Part shown: piece after piece, positions 49,200 to 63,389 of the stretch | Position numbering within the stretch: position 1 is the stretch's first letter | Layout of the letters: each line of letters begins with the position of its first letter | DNA from: Marsupella aquatica | Taxonomy: Eukaryota > Plantae > Marchantiophyta | DNA: 64,000 nucleotides | Reading direction: 5' to 3' | Assembly (NCBI GenBank): GCA_973895155.1 | Contig: OZ316893.1 | Location: 11,982,359 to 12,046,358, forward strand | Translations under genes and position numbers: made by a program | Notes under the pieces: generated by a model | What the model was told of the DNA's origin: nothing | The model's database searches: none | Seen by the model: the letters and a program-made list of their open reading frames with translations, nothing else

Positions 49200-52100
49200 T
49201 CCCCAATGAGAATATACACATACTTTATACAGAAAAAGGCCAAATAGAGTACAAAAGAATAAACAAGAGAGGTCCCAAGTGGACAAAACCAAACGCAAAA
49301 GAAGTGAGCAAAAGGAAACCCTAAAAACCAAGAAAGAGGAACTAAAAGAAGTGAGCAAAAGGTAACCCCTAAAAACCAAGAAAGAGTAACTAAAACTACC
49401 GCAAATGGACCGAGGTCCTCATCATACCTAGCAAATGTGGCTACAAGCTAGTGGTCTACATCAAGTGTCGAAACTAGATCGGCAAGTGGGATAGGAATGT
49501 CCTCTAGGGGGGCTAGCTGCTGCGGAGTCACACTAGCACCCACTGTCAGAGATCGACAATAGACGGCCCGAGCTTGAGCACGCTGTAAGGTGACTGAAAT
49601 GCGTTGGCGAAAGTGCATGGTCAAAACAGATAGCGGGGGCCCGATGGGACCCATTCGGCCGTGAACATCCCGAGCAGCTTGGCGAAGAAGCCCGTCGAAC
49701 TGATGATGGAGACGCCCAAATATCTCAAGAGCAAGGGGCAGGAAGCTATCAGATGAAGCTCGTGCAGCATATTTGGCCTCCTTCGTTTGTGCTGCTCGTG
49801 ATGCTGCTGCCCCTGCCGTTGTTGCCGCTGTCCCAATGATGTCTTGGCGCAATGGGTTTGCCACCACTACATCTGCCAAAGTACGGTGACCGTCACGGAC
49901 CATGGTAAGATCCACCCGTAACCGCTGTGATGGAGGACCAGGTAACTCGAGCACCACCTCCCACCGCGCGCAGACCAAAGAGCCAGAGAGAACCTGAGCA
50001 ATCACATCTCTCACAGCGTCGTGAACAAAAATGGTTTCGCCGCCCAAACTGCATCGAAGAAGATGGACACCTGTGGCATCACAAGGCTTCCCACAAGTGC
50101 AAGTAGGAGGTAAACCAGCAAGAAGTGGGTGGGGCAAGCCCATACGAAGACGCATGGCTGTCGCAAACTCCGCTGAAGACATCCGCAGGTGAGGAATGAC
50201 TGGATTGGCCTGAAGCCAGCCTCCTGCGCCCTTCCCTCCGGAAGAAAGAATCCGAGCTCGGTCCGTGTCAGGTGCCTCAGTGAGGATGCTGGAAAGGGTG
50301 AAAGCGTGCATACGCCCAGCAAGGTCTGCCTGAAGACGGACGGGGTCCAAGGATAAAAACTCCTGGAATGAAGGTAACGCAGCTCGAACAGGATCGGGTA
50401 ATGATGACCGAGCCGTGCGCAAATGAACCTGAAATGGGAGGGAACCCTCCTCGACCTCCATGAGAGATGAAAGTAAAAAAGGTCGATCCTCAGTAAGGAA
50501 ACGATCTGCCAACAATGAGAAGGCGGCCGCCCACGCGCCCAAGAAGGCCAAAGGTGCAAGGCGCTCAGTGGAAGTAAGCCCAAAACCACCATGAGAAATA
50601 GGAAGACTGAGCTGTCGATGAAGCCACGGAGATGAGAGTAAAGTACCTGGCCCTAAAAGAGAGGCCAAAGTCTCACGAATGGAGACATCAAACGCTCGGA
50701 GGTGTAGAGAAAGATCCTCGGTAGGGGGATGTGTCCGAGCCAAATAGGACGCACGAGGGTGGATGCATCTCAATAACAACCCAAATGCTGCCTGAGAGTC
50801 TGCTAACTTAGGGAGCATAGGAGTAGGGGCTAAGGCAGCCTGGAGAGCGTCAGCAATGAAAGATGAGCAAAAGGAGGCGGTACCGACTGGGGAGCCAAGG
50901 ACCCGAAGACCGTCGGCAGGACGTAAGAACCCAGGGGGAAGCGCAAGATCAGAGGGTAACCCAGCTGGACTCCATGCACGACTCTTCACCGGCTGTACTC
51001 GTAAATCGAGGCCCAACAAATGGGTGGAAAGGGTGGCGAGGGCAGAAGTAACAGCAAAAGGTGGACCAATGATGTGGGTGTCATCTGAAAGGGAGGGGAA
51101 GATACACTGGGGGTGGGCCACGGAGGCTTCTCGTAAAGCAGTAAAATGGGCAATGGCAAAAAGAGGCCCACCCAAAGGGTCACCCTGACGTGTACCTTCT
51201 ACAGAAGAAAGAGTGGTATACACTCCTGTAGAGGTGTGATGACTATAGAAGAGGGGGGCCTCAAACCCATAAAAACAACGGACAAAGGGGATAAGGGACT
51301 GGATGTCTGGATCCGCTGCCCTCAAAGCACGAAAAATTGCTGCCCGAGAAACCGTATTGAAAGCATTGGAGACATCAACCTGGAGGACAACCCAATCAGG
51401 GTGGAGGTCCAAGGTAGTACGAATACCCGCAATAACTGTCTCACAACCGCCAGGAACGCCCACTGCAAACTGATGTGGAGAGAGATGATCCGATAGTGCA
51501 GAGCGATACTGCGATGAAAGTGCGCGAGACACCAGACGAAGAAAAACCTCTCCAATAGCTATGGGCCGAACACCCGGTGAAGACTTAGCCATGGCCAATA
51601 AACGAGAAGCACTCAAAAGCCGAGAGACGGGAGGAGGCAAACGGCCGGCAGCAATACACTAGCAAAAGGAGAAGAAAACTGGAAAACCAGACTGAGGATC
51701 CTCAGGGGGGAATAAATCACAAAAATGCTCAAAGACATAGCCAAAGGGGCCACCAGCCGCGCAACGCGGAGCATGGAGGAAAGCATAGGTGAAGTGGTCC
51801 CTACTAAACTGAAGATCCTCCTCAGGCTCAAAATCCTCCACGAACAAAGGGAGCTGATCATAGGGCTGCGGATGGAGATCCTGAAGGGCCGTCAAGGTGA
51901 CCTCGCCAAGGGGGGCTGGTGTGGTGGGAGAAAGGGCCTGGACGGCACGACGATATTCACCAGCCTGGGCTAAACGACAAGAGCGACGAAGGCGTCTGTG
52001 CTCTGGAGGATGAGAGTGGTGAGCTGGGTCAGACAAAGCACGGGTAGTAAAGGAACGGGCTCGAAGAAAGTACTCTTCCTGAAGCTGTTCCCAATCTCCC

Positions 52101-53830
52101 CACAGAAAACGATGGATACGAGAGGCAGTCTCACGATGACCCACGCGACCACCGTGACTAGGGAGGGTAAGAGTCCACTGTGGAAAAAGCATGAGTAAAG
52201 ACCAATAGGAGACCTCGATAGGATGCGCCAAGATAAGCTGCATGAGTTGCAACAAGGATGACCGAACTAATGGGCGCAACGCTAGTGGGATGTGGTTATA
52301 AAGGCGAGGTCTAATGTACCCTGGATGGTAGGCTGGAAGGGGGTCTAGAGAGCGAACCCAACTCCATGCCTGCTCGGAAGCCTCCAAGGAAGGAGGGGCA
52401 GAGCTAACTGGGTCAAGAGGGGGCTGGGGCTGGGATTGGGCTTGCTGGCGACGTTGGCACTGGCCCCGCCCGCGGTGATGAGGAAGGGAGAGGCCAACCC
52501 AGCCACACTCAGGACAAGTATGCAGGGGACACTCATCTGGGGAGGGAGCAGGGAACGACTGGACAGGAGGTGGGGGGGGAACCGACGTGGATGAAGAGGC
52601 CGGAGGGGGATGCTGGAGGGGTGGAGGGGGAATGGGCTGGGGAGAGGAGCCAGGGCGTCGATGGGGTGGGCAGTAGACTGGGGGGACTGGCAGAACATCG
52701 GGCATGGGGTCATCACGAAGATGAGAGAGATCCAATGAAGAAGAGCAAACACGAAGGCGACCACGAGGCGGGGGGGAGGAGGGGGGAGAACTGTGTGGGG
52801 GGGCTGGGCGCTTGCCCCGCGCCAACACTCTCAACGTAGACATGACAGGTCGCAACCCGATAAAAGCAAAAGCGCATCAAGAAGCGACAAAAGGCCCAAC
52901 CAAGACATGTGAAAAGAAAGGGAAGGCTATGGAGAGAGCCCACCGCGTCAAAATCCGAGAAGCGGCGCCACCGCTAGCCTAGAAAACCGTTGAGCACGTG
53001 CAGGCACAGCCGGGAACAAAGCTGGAGCTCTCGTCGATGTGTCCGTTGAGGAGTCGATGCGAGTGAATATCTCTCCACTGATTTGAGCATGCTGCTATAG
53101 CTCCCAAAGATGGTGGAATGCAAACTGGTCCACTAAACTTGGCAAAAACCACCTTGTCAGAACTGAAGAAGAAAGGCAACCACCAATCGGAGGAGAAACG
53201 TGGCAAGACAGGAATGCTCCAAAGCTGATCAAGGGAAACCGTCACCAAAAATGGAGGAGTAAATCAGAATCGTAATCGGAGCCGAAAGTGGTTGATATGT
53301 CACCAAAAGGACCGCGGTAGGGATAGATGTTGCACTCTCGGACAAGAGCTGGCCAAATCACATGAGAATGCCGGATTCCGTGAACGAGAAACTGCTACAG
53401 GACCCTAAAGCTAATTGAAAGTGAGAACGGTGGAAATTGAAGAAAAAACGTGAGAGCTAATCAAAGTCCAATCGGGGCAATAGGAGACCAATTAGACCGC
53501 TCTTGGGATCAATCTGATGCTCCCGGAGAAGAGCTATACAAAGCACTTGAGAAATCTGAAATCCGTGAAAGATTGACCGAGATATGACCGTCGAAAGGAA
53601 GACAAAAATCGCAGAAAAACGACTGAAAAACGGCGAAAACGAATGTGACCATAAGTATGTCGATACGGCACCGTTTTGGACGTGTTTTATATCGATTTGA
53701 TGCACCTCGGCAAGAGCGCGCTAATGCAACTGAGAAAACTGGATTCCGAGAAAAACTGAGTGCAGGAGGATAGTCAAAGTGACGCGAAAACTGTGCTACA
53801 GTCTGAACTCCATAGCCAGGAGCTCAAAGA
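49200..53830 (-). mobile_element. CRE-clade non-LTR retrotransposon (approximate limits)
   Basis: A single RT plus restriction-like endonuclease ORF, with a pyrimidine-rich 3'UTR containing an internal duplication (49300-49400). The ends and TSD could not be resolved. Confidence 0.7.
49448..52855 (-). pseudogene. CRE/SLACS-like RT-REL polyprotein (about 1135 codons) with one in-frame TAG at 51659-51661
   Basis: N-terminal CPECG..H..C zinc finger. RT motifs VRPIAIGE, QFAVGVPGG, VDVSNAFN, GTRQGDPLG and SLSDD. CTCG..H..RC knuckle, then HDAVRD, RVDL..DVVV, KEAKY and PLALEIFG (REL endonuclease). The two listed ORFs are in the same frame. Confidence 0.9.
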
Positions 53831-54308
53831 CCTAAGACCTCTAGTCCCCAAGTGTTGTTGTGTCCCAAGAGTCAAGGTCTAGAGTCTTCACTCTACAAAT
53901 GTAGGCCATGACTCTAGCTTTTGATTTTCTAGCCGAATGACCCTTGGACAAAATTAGAAGACCCCACATCTCCTAGTCTACTAATTCAATGGTGACATTT
54001 ATATGTAGAATTGCTCTTAACGTAACTTAATTTTCATCTTATTTTAAAAGTCAGATAATCAATCATATAGATGGGCCATTTCGTAGACCCTTATTCTAGG
54101 TTTTCATGTGCTGGTTACTCAGAAAATTAGATGAAATATATATAGACATATCTAATTGCCCTCATGCTAGCCGCCCTCATGCTAGCCGATGACCCACACC
54201 TAGGTACTACTAGTTTACTGCCATTCATTCATATATGTGATTGACCTTATTCTAGAGCTTTTGATCGAGCTTTCTTAGATAAATAGATGACCAATATACA
54301 GCCAGAAA

Positions 54309-54398
54309 CAGAGATCATGGATCTACTACTGTCTCCCCCAGAGATCATTGATCTACTACTGTCTCCCCCAGAGATCATGGATCTACTACTGTCTTCCC
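54309..54398. repeat. 30-bp tandem repeat x3
   Basis: CAGAGATCATGGATCTACTACTGTCTCCCC-like unit repeated three times. Confidence 0.9.
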
Positions 54399-54950
54399 CC
54401 ATTATTCAAATAGTGGGCCAATGGACTCTCTACTCAAATGAAGCGCCCCGGGCACTGTATATATTCAAGTTTTGACTCTTTGTTTAAAATTTTTTGCTTG
54501 AAGTGTTGTGTTCAAAACTTGACCTTGATCATGTTTGAATAATACCGTTGTGTTCAAGTTTGGCATTGTGTTCAAATTTTGGCATTTTGCAATGAAGGGA
54601 CCAGTGTAGTATAAGCAAGAATGATAGGCATAGAAATTTGTGATGTTTTAGAGAGAACTGTGTTGGGAATGTGTGGTTAATTTAATTAAACACTGAAAGT
54701 AAATATGGGGAGAGCACAAATTTGTAATACAAAACAGAACTGCCTTAGTTACTAAAGGTACCGGTCAATTACTAAATCTGCTAGTATCACTTGGTTAAAC
54801 TTCCAGGTGAAACATATTTAGGACTGTCTGGGACATATTCCCGAACATACTTAGGAAAGAGGTTTTAGCGAACTAGGATAACGTACATCCCATAGACCAT
54901 GGGAGGGGGTATACCCAAAGGGAACACAAACTTGTGAGGTCACACTTTGA

Positions 54951-54952
<2 letters not shown>

Positions 54953-54990
<38 letters not shown>
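54953..54990. repeat. (GA)n microsatellite
   Basis: Read directly from the sequence. Confidence 0.97.
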
Positions 54991-54993
<3 letters not shown>

Positions 54994-57339
54994 TGTAATT
55001 ATGTTATACATTATTGGAATTTTCTCAGGGTCATGGATGTAACCCAAATGGGATGAATCGCGTATCTTCACTATCAGAGTTTATGGATCATGTTGCTCAC
55101 ATGTGTTGGCCCTATCTTGTTTGGTCTAGATTATTCTTAACTCCATTCACAACCGGGTTCCCAACATAAACATGGATGTAATTTATTGTGCAGGCAATCT
55201 ATTCATTAAAGTGAATTATTATTTTATTTATGAACATTTGAGCAATAGAAAGTGTACATTTGGGCAAGCAACAAGGGTGATGGCTATAATGTTCATCCTT
55301 TGTGAATTACGAACTACTATTAGACTCCTTCTAGTTAAGATCCTTTTTGCCCCCTCGAGTTTATAATTGACCATTTAGATGTAGAGTATTGTACCATAGT
55401 GTACATTTTGGAGTTGAAAAGTGTACATTGAGAGACCAAAAATTGAACAATATAAAACAAACTTTTAATGAATAGAGTTAGTTTGCAATGGAAAAAACTA
55501 GTTAGTGGACCCCTTGGCTAATAAAATCAGGGGGAAGAGTCGATCTGAGCCGTCTCCATTTCTTATCTCTGGAAATCTTGTCCGTCCATCATAATGGCCA
55601 ATTTATGGCTCAAAAGAAAGATCTCAAATAGATCTATGGATGGGTTCTGTCTGTTTTGAAAATGGGTTGATATTTTTCAAATGAAAATTTAAACAAATCC
55701 AAGCCTTCCTAGCCGTCGATTTTGTTGATTTTACTATCTTTGCCGTCCATTTTGTAATGCCTCTAGAAATCTTATTCATCCATGTTAGAAGGCGATCTAG
55801 GGTGCAAAAGAAAGATCTCAATGAGACCTATGACTGGGTATTTTTTGTTTTGAGAATGAGTAAATAGTTTTGAGTATAAAATTCGATGAACTTTCAAGAT
55901 TCCAGCCATTCCTCCTCCCCGATCCTGGGTTTCTATGTGCTCTTCCCAGCATTAATGGCCATACAATACGAGAGGTCCTTACATACCGGGAGTTGCGGTT
56001 TAACAAGGAAGTTATCAAGTTAGTTATTAGTCATTATTTATTATATGAAAAATACTTTTTATAAATCTTTGAATTTAAGTTTTAAAATTGGAAATGTAAC
56101 TAAAACGGTTACATAGTGACAGTTTTAACCGTCTTGCTCTTTGCATTTCCAATGTTTTTACTTTTCTTTTTACGGCATGGCGTCCCAAAATTTACCCCCA
56201 AATTGACACAAACACGAATGAAAACTATAAATTTGATTCACAAAACCGACGAGTCTTGTTTGTTGCGGTTATTGTTGATGTGGCACGCTGTGGTGCCAGG
56301 AATTTTGGAAGGGACCTCTAGTGGGGTCTGTAAAGATGCCTGAGAAATCATCCACTTTTCACTGCTGTTGGGTTTGTGGCCATTCTTAACCCTGTTGCTT
56401 GTTTCTATTATTTTACCTTTCTTCATGCAGTCCAGAACATTCAAGCTTAGGCTGCTTTTTAGTCTAAATCAATCTCTCGATGAACTCAATCACTCACTGT
56501 ATCGGTCTTGCTCACTCCTGCTGCGGAATTCCTTACCAAGCTCCAATTCAAATATGTGTGGCTGAGTAAGCCCCTTGGCTATAGTGGCATAGGTGTCCAT
56601 GTACTCCTTGCCCGATTCCTCAGTCTCTAGGAATTGACGGCATTTATGTACTCCATTCTCTGGTAGTCTGTGGTGAGATCTCATGTCTGGTAGTTGTGAC
56701 TTGGTTTGCAAATACATCTTTTCTCCAAACTTTGCAGCTGATTCTCAAACACAAAGTCAACTTCAAACAAATGCGGCGATTGGTTTTGTGTTAAAATGAC
56801 ATTGTCTTTGAGTACAAACTGTGTTTTGGTGAGGACTCCTTGTTTTTGCCATTTTCAAACACAACGCTGTCTAGGATGCATGTCAGTTGTGGAGAAGTTG
56901 TTGAACATTGCACAAAAGTGGTTGTGGCGTAAAATATGTTTTTAGAGAAAATGTTGTTGTGCAAAGATGATGTTGTATAGAAGATGTCATATGTGTCCCA
57001 TCTATGCATAGGAGTTTAGATTAAATTTATGATACCTGAAAAAAAGTTGCTCCTCTCTTTCTTCAAACTAAGGAGAAAGAAGTCACACCACACAACAACC
57101 AACCATGAAAGAAAAATGGCCTACTCAAAGACAGAACAACAACAACCTAATAAAACTGGCTCCCCACCTCATTGGACAAGGATTTCTAAGAAAGGGAAAA
57201 ACTATTCAAAAATGGAAAAAATAGTTTCTTGCTCATCCTTCTTTATGTCCCCCTAGTTGTCATGAATGATGGAGGGTAGGCTATATATTTGCATACCTTG
57301 CATTTCTTGTATCCAACGGAGTCACGTGAATTGTTTATT

Positions 57340-58030
57340 AGAGAAGCCACCGCGGCAAAGACCAGCAAGGCAGAAACAAACCACACAGAGGGTCACACAC
57401 ACCCCACGGCTACTAAATGCCAAAACCCACCCCAACAGTAGACAAGGTCACCTCCTAACTTAGAAGGGCCAAGGGGGGAGAAAGCAAAAAAACTAAGTTA
57501 CACAACAGGCAAACAAGGCACCGCCCGCAGGCAAAGGGGGGCCTCAACATTGGAATGAACAGGGCTCCAACAGTAAAGACCTAAGCTATGTGTGACTAGT
57601 GCCAATAGAAGCCCTAGCAGTCAGTTCAATGAAGGATCTAATGTAACCGTCTGGCCTTCTGCACACTGTGAGTCTGCTGAAGGGTAGCATGAACTTGAAC
57701 AGCAGCACCGCTGAGGATGATGTGCAATGGAAACCTGGTAGAGGTAGCATGATATGTGCGTTGGCGTCATTCAAGCCAAAGGGTGCTAAGCATCTCATGG
57801 ATGAGGATAAGGAAGCCAAGGTTGTGCTTGTGGGACCTAATAGCAATGTCAATCTTACCAAAGGAGCATCCAACCGCCTTGTTCAGATTGGTGCCAATAA
57901 CAATGATTTCAAGATGGGTCCAACGGGACCACAGCCTAGGACAATGGTAGAACATGTGCTCAATGGTCTCCCCTTGAATTGTATCCACTATACTTTGGAG
58001 TAGTATTTCTATAAGTTTATCCACACTTGT
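57340..58030 (-). mobile_element. 5'-truncated L1-type LINE remnant (zf-RVT/C-terminal region plus 3'UTR)
   Basis: ETIEHMFYHCP..W motif followed by ..TLWLE*RQR.., typical of the L1 ORF2 C-terminus. T-rich 3'UTR on the - strand. Confidence 0.6.
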
Positions 58031-60371
58031 TCCATTTTGAAATAATCACACTGCCCAAGAAACTGAGAGAATAAATTGAAAGTGAGAATAAGTCTGAAGG
58101 CCCAAGAAACAATAAATTGGTAGCGAGAGAATAAATTTGAAGGGTGTCATGGATTCCCTCCAAAAAAAAGCAATTTCAAGAAAATGAGAAAATAGATAGA
58201 AAGTGATAGAGCGAATGTGAAAACTATCATGTATTCACTCCAAAAAATAGTTTCAAGAAAATTACAGAATAAATCTGAAGGCTATCTTGAATTCCCTCCA
58301 AACAAAAATTCTAGAAACTGACAAAATAAATAGAAAGTGAAAAAAAATAAACTTGAAGGCTGTCATGGATTCTCTTCACAAAACAGTTCATAAACTGAGG
58401 AAGAATCCATTGGTCTCGATTAGATATCATACTTGTAGATGAAGCGAAAATCTCACTACTCCAAATTTGTTGCCATTACTATGACCCCCATCCTGGTCTG
58501 ACTCAGCCTGAAAACTCGGTGAATCTTGCTATTGCAAATTAATTGGACGTGGGACTGGAAAATGAAAACTGAGAAAAGTAGATCAATGGAGGGCAACCTA
58601 AACGAAAATGCATGCCAGGTATAAGACAGGAAACCATCACAAAGACTTCCCCCATCGTAGAATGTTCTAATGTTCCTTCAAATGTTGACCATCATAAATC
58701 AGATGAAACATCGACTCTGACTAACAAATGAAGAATTCTGAAGTGAGGGAAGAATTTTCTAGTACGAGGCCAGCTCCAGTTCCGACCATGATCACAATCG
58801 ACTATTTAATGTGATGTCTTTACCTTGTCACTGTGTTTCTTCTCACTGGAATCGAAGCAGTGCCCACTTTCGTCTTCGTTTCAGGCGGCCATGAACTTCT
58901 GCTCGTCTTCTAAGCTTCAACCACTGCAATTATCTTCCATAGTGAAAGACTAAACAAGTCGCGGATTGAGACCCTCGCTGCAATAGCCTGGCTCCCTTTC
59001 CCAGTCTAGCCATGGGGGCAGATGGATGACGAGCAAACTCATATTTAACAACAATGCCTCCCACGGCAACATCGGCGATGTTGTCGGTGGCTACAGAGAG
59101 CTCAAAGAAATGACTTGACAGTGCCCAACCAATGCACAGACCTCGAACAGTTTGCATTCGAACTATGCCATGACTAATTCAGAGACCAATATCAACTGTT
59201 TCTACTATCATATGTGCCTGCAGTGGGGGCAGCAAGTACGGTAACAGTACGTTCAAATTACCTTTGGAAACAGTGTACCTACCCAGCACCATGGTGTAAC
59301 TCGTGCACAATGCAACTGTGACATTTGTTCAAACCATAGTGGAGGCAGCTACATTACATGTGACACGAGAGTCATCAGTGTTTCTGGCCATCTTAGGAAT
59401 CTGGAAGGTTTAAAAGAGTTAAACAGGAGCATTTCAGGTCTAGTCTGTTTCAAGCTTCTCAATTTGGAAATGCTTGAACCATCATCATATGAAAGCTCTG
59501 TTCAGAATTTTCTGATTTCAGCAATTCATTTGAAAAATTTACTCCAAAATCGAGAGATACTTGAACGTACATATGTCAGGCTTCACAATTCCTACGACCC
59601 TCTCTTCCCAAAATTTCCAATTCGAATTTGATCTGCGATGCAGATTTTCGGAATGCGCTTTCTGCCAGCTCTCATTCACTAGGGCGGGTTTAAAATTAGT
59701 ACTGAAAACAGCTTTGAGAAGTTGTGTTTTGCCTTCGCAAGTTTTTTTAAATTCCGATTCTGATAGTACTAGAAACTAAATCTTTGCTTAATTTGAGAGA
59801 TACTTCTCCTTGCTGCTGTCAGTGTTTACCCAAGTCTCAATTGCTTGAAAATAAGTACAATTTTAATTGGTCTTTTACAATTATTTTTTACCAATTAATT
59901 GGTCTGAAAATAAGTGTAAAAGACCAAATTTAGTGACGATCCGAAACAGACAACTCTTCACCCCATCAACGCGAGCGATGTAAATTGTTATATCTTCTGA
60001 GGGATGTATCTTGAATTCCAAAGATATCGCACAGACGATATAGATCGAGACAGCAGGCGCTACATATAATTTGAGGCAATTTTCTTGACAAGTCATCCCA
60101 ATTGGGAAGCTCTCACCCAAGACTGTACATTTGTGCGGGGGAAATTTGAATGAATAACGAAAGGAACCCTGCAACTCTACTCCATGATACAGCTCAGTAG
60201 CTAATCTATATCTATCTTATGATACAGCTCAGAAACCATTCTAGATCCGTCCAGGTCCGCTTGCAACGCGGCAACAATTTGAAGCCCTTTCGCTGTATTT
60301 AGTCCGACTTGCTTAAATGTACGCTACTTTACAATTCGTCTAACAAAAGCACATTCAACGAGATTATCAAT

Positions 60372-62750
60372 TCAAGGAGATGAAGGAGCACTAGCGTTCT
60401 TCTTCACTTCTGAGGCTTCTGTCGCGAGATCCGTGAGGAGATTCTTCACCTGACTGGACATAATTTTTTGTGCGTAATTTCCTGCCCCAACAGCTATCCG
60501 AAACGACATCCCAAACGAATAAATGTCAGCAGCCTGAATTTCTCTCGTTGCAAAGGGCGACGACTAGGGAACGCTCCTCTTACTATTGTATTGGCTTTAT
60601 ACCACAGCCAAGGGGTAAACGCAACAATGCCATCTGCTCAGAAATAAATTCTAAAAAGTTCCCAGGTAACATTGAATCACTCCAAGGTGTCAAATTGCTA
60701 ACTATGCCTCAAAGCATCATCTAGGATGTTTCTGGTACAATCTTTAATGCTCTAATTCCTCAGTGCAACGAGTAAATGCTTGATATTGAGAGTGGGTAAA
60801 GTGTTGGAGCAAAGTACGGATTTTCGACAAAAGCATTGACGCATAAATATAAGTAGCAAGGGTTCAGAACTAACCCAAAGGACCGGGCGGAAAAAAGGAA
60901 GGCAAGGCTCTTTGATTGACGACAAGCTTCGAAGTCTCAGGTGAAAGAGGTTGCACTGTCCAAGAGCCATTGAAGACTTTCAGGAATCCAGGTTGTTCTC
61001 TGTTTGACAACCCACAAAAGTAATATCAGATTATGTGCTTCGGCTGAAAATGTGTGCGCCCAAGATCAATACTGTAGACTGTCCAGACTCAAAACAGCAG
61101 AATCTCAACAATGATGAGATAATGACTAGCAACTCGGCTTGACTAAAAAATCTCCGGTATCCTAAAGTGCAGTACAGATAGCACGTTTGACACACGAAGT
61201 CAAAAAAGGGGAGTACAACAGAGAGAATACAAAAATTAGGGGGGTGGGCAAGGTATTAATCACTCACAGTTCGTAAGAAATGGATCGGTTCTGAGGATCA
61301 TCTTTCATTCTCATCTTAATATCGTAATTTCCGGACATCATGAGAAAGTTCCAGTGAAGATGTTGCGTCACCACCTTTGTATCTCCCTTATGTTCTACTT
61401 CAACACTGTCAACATTTCTGAAGACTCGAGCGTTGCTATTGTAATCTGTAATAATACCATATAACGTGTCTGGGTCGACAACGGTCTCCACCGACCCCTT
61501 CACTCGAAAAACGCCGTCCTGGATAGAGGAAGACGAAGAGAACATCAAACACGTTTCCAAGCCGAGAGAAAGTTCGAGATCGTCGTGGTGGATCAATGGG
61601 CTCGGCCAATCGAAATACACATTGGAAATCATTTTCATACCCTGCGCACTATCAATCTAATGAATATTTGATCCTAACGGCTTCACACCACAATCTAAAG
61701 TACCCACCGATCTAAAACCTGACCAAACGAGGTCGAAAATAAACTAACGCGAGAAACAAAAGCTCGAAAGGATGATCACGTACTTCCTTGTGAACATCCA
61801 ACTCAACTTGTGGGTCGTCCGTGTTGGATGTAGTTTGTGACCCAGTGTCGTTCCTGCGAAGTTCCAAGGCCATGCAACGGTCATTGTTTGAGCCTTCAAC
61901 TTGAATAATACTTTGCTCCACAAACATGCATGTCAAAACCAGTGCGAACAAGCCACCGATCAAGTCTGGCAGCACCTTGCCACAGACTTAAGGTCCTAAA
62001 CCACAGGAACAACCAATGAATCCATCGGCACCAGATGCTCATGAGCTCCCACTCAAAAGCACATCCACATTCCAATGGACGAATGACATGAGAAAAGTGG
62101 GTCCCCAGAACGTGTTGAGAAAGTGCAGTGAAAAACGTAATCGCTACGTAACCCACGCCACCGTGCCTGAACCCCATCACAAAATTTGGCGAGGCCTCGG
62201 ACAACAATCTCAATGAAATTGAATAACACAGAGGCCGGCCCATCAACAGCTCTAGCAATTTTCTTACAACAGGAATAGGATCGGACTGAAGAGTCGCAGA
62301 AATCAGAAAGACAGCACCACACGCATGTCCATTTAGCTCCAATTACTAAAACAGGAAGGTCATAGAAAAGCTAAGAAGTTCAATTGAACACCACAGAGCA
62401 TGCCCTCTAGCAGCTCAGTGACGGAACTCAGAAGATAGAACGAGGGTCTAGAGGTGTCTACACGGAGCTCTAATTCCCAGCACAGAACGATTTCGAAGGG
62501 AATGAAGTTCAAACCTATTCTCAGGAGCGGAATCCTGGCTCGCATCATAGTCGTCACCGAAACTCAGGCCTGAAAAATCCGTCATACCGACTCTTTTCTT
62601 TAGTCTCTGCGGATCCTTCGAACCAACGTTCCACGCCGAATTGCCCCGGTTCCAAGATGAACCAGCCCGTCTAGTAGCGTTTACCCTCTGCTGCTGCTGC
62701 TGCTTGTCTCCTACTCTGCCCCCCTCCTCCATCAGCATCTCGCTTCCCAT
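60372..62750 (-). CDS. Polyketide cyclase/dehydrase-lipid transport (SRPBCC/START-like) protein, 5 exons: 62750-62515, 61853-61784, 61518-61268, 60999-60875, 60481-60372
   Basis: Spliced product ...PQVELDVHKE|DGVFRVKGSVETVVDPDTLYGIITDYNSNARVFRNV...SISYEL|EQPGFLKVFNGSWTVQP...PPGPLG|NYAQKIMSSQVKNLLTDLATEA. All introns are GT-AG with consistent phases. Exon 1 is less certain. Confidence 0.82.
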
Positions 62751-63389
62751 CCGAACTCTGATAACCCCGCAGTCCAGTACAATTCTCTGACTAAACAACG
62801 CCGTGCTCGTACAGGACCTAACACAGGAGACCCTTTCCAACATAACAATCTGTAGAGCCACGGGACCCCACCTCGCTCACCCAATGATTTCCCCCTTCAC
62901 CTACAATTCGCTGACAGCTCCAATTTGCAAATGACAGTCAGCGCCAAATTCCCTCAAATCTACTCCCTGGAACTTTCCGAGCTACGCGTGTACAGAGGCT
63001 CAATGCTCGGATCCGTGTTTCCCCAATCCTGTTCTCTCAAAGGATGTTTCGTTGTCTTTACGTGCAGCTTAGTCCTGCATGCAATTGGACAGAGCGCAGG
63101 TGATGGCTTTTCCAGATGTCCTGAGCTCCGGGTGGAATCGTCTCGCTCCGGGAAGCAAGGAGGGGCAGTAGATGGAATGACTGATTTTCCCCGTCTCCAC
63201 TTGGCATTCAAGCTCTGCTCAATGGTTCCCACTGTGGCGGAGATCCGGCATTTGTAACCTGGGCAGAGGCCGTTTGCTTCGACGACAATTTAACGATGAC
63301 GGAGGACGAAGCAGAAGAGCCTGAGGGCGCCACGAGGGTCGAAGCAGAAGAGCCTGAATACAAGAGGAGAGGTGCATTTGGCAGCCAAG

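Noticed and set aside
58985-59005. GCCTGGCTCCCT similarity to miR160
   Set aside because: Only 12 nt match, the 3' half diverges, and no complementary hairpin arm was seen.
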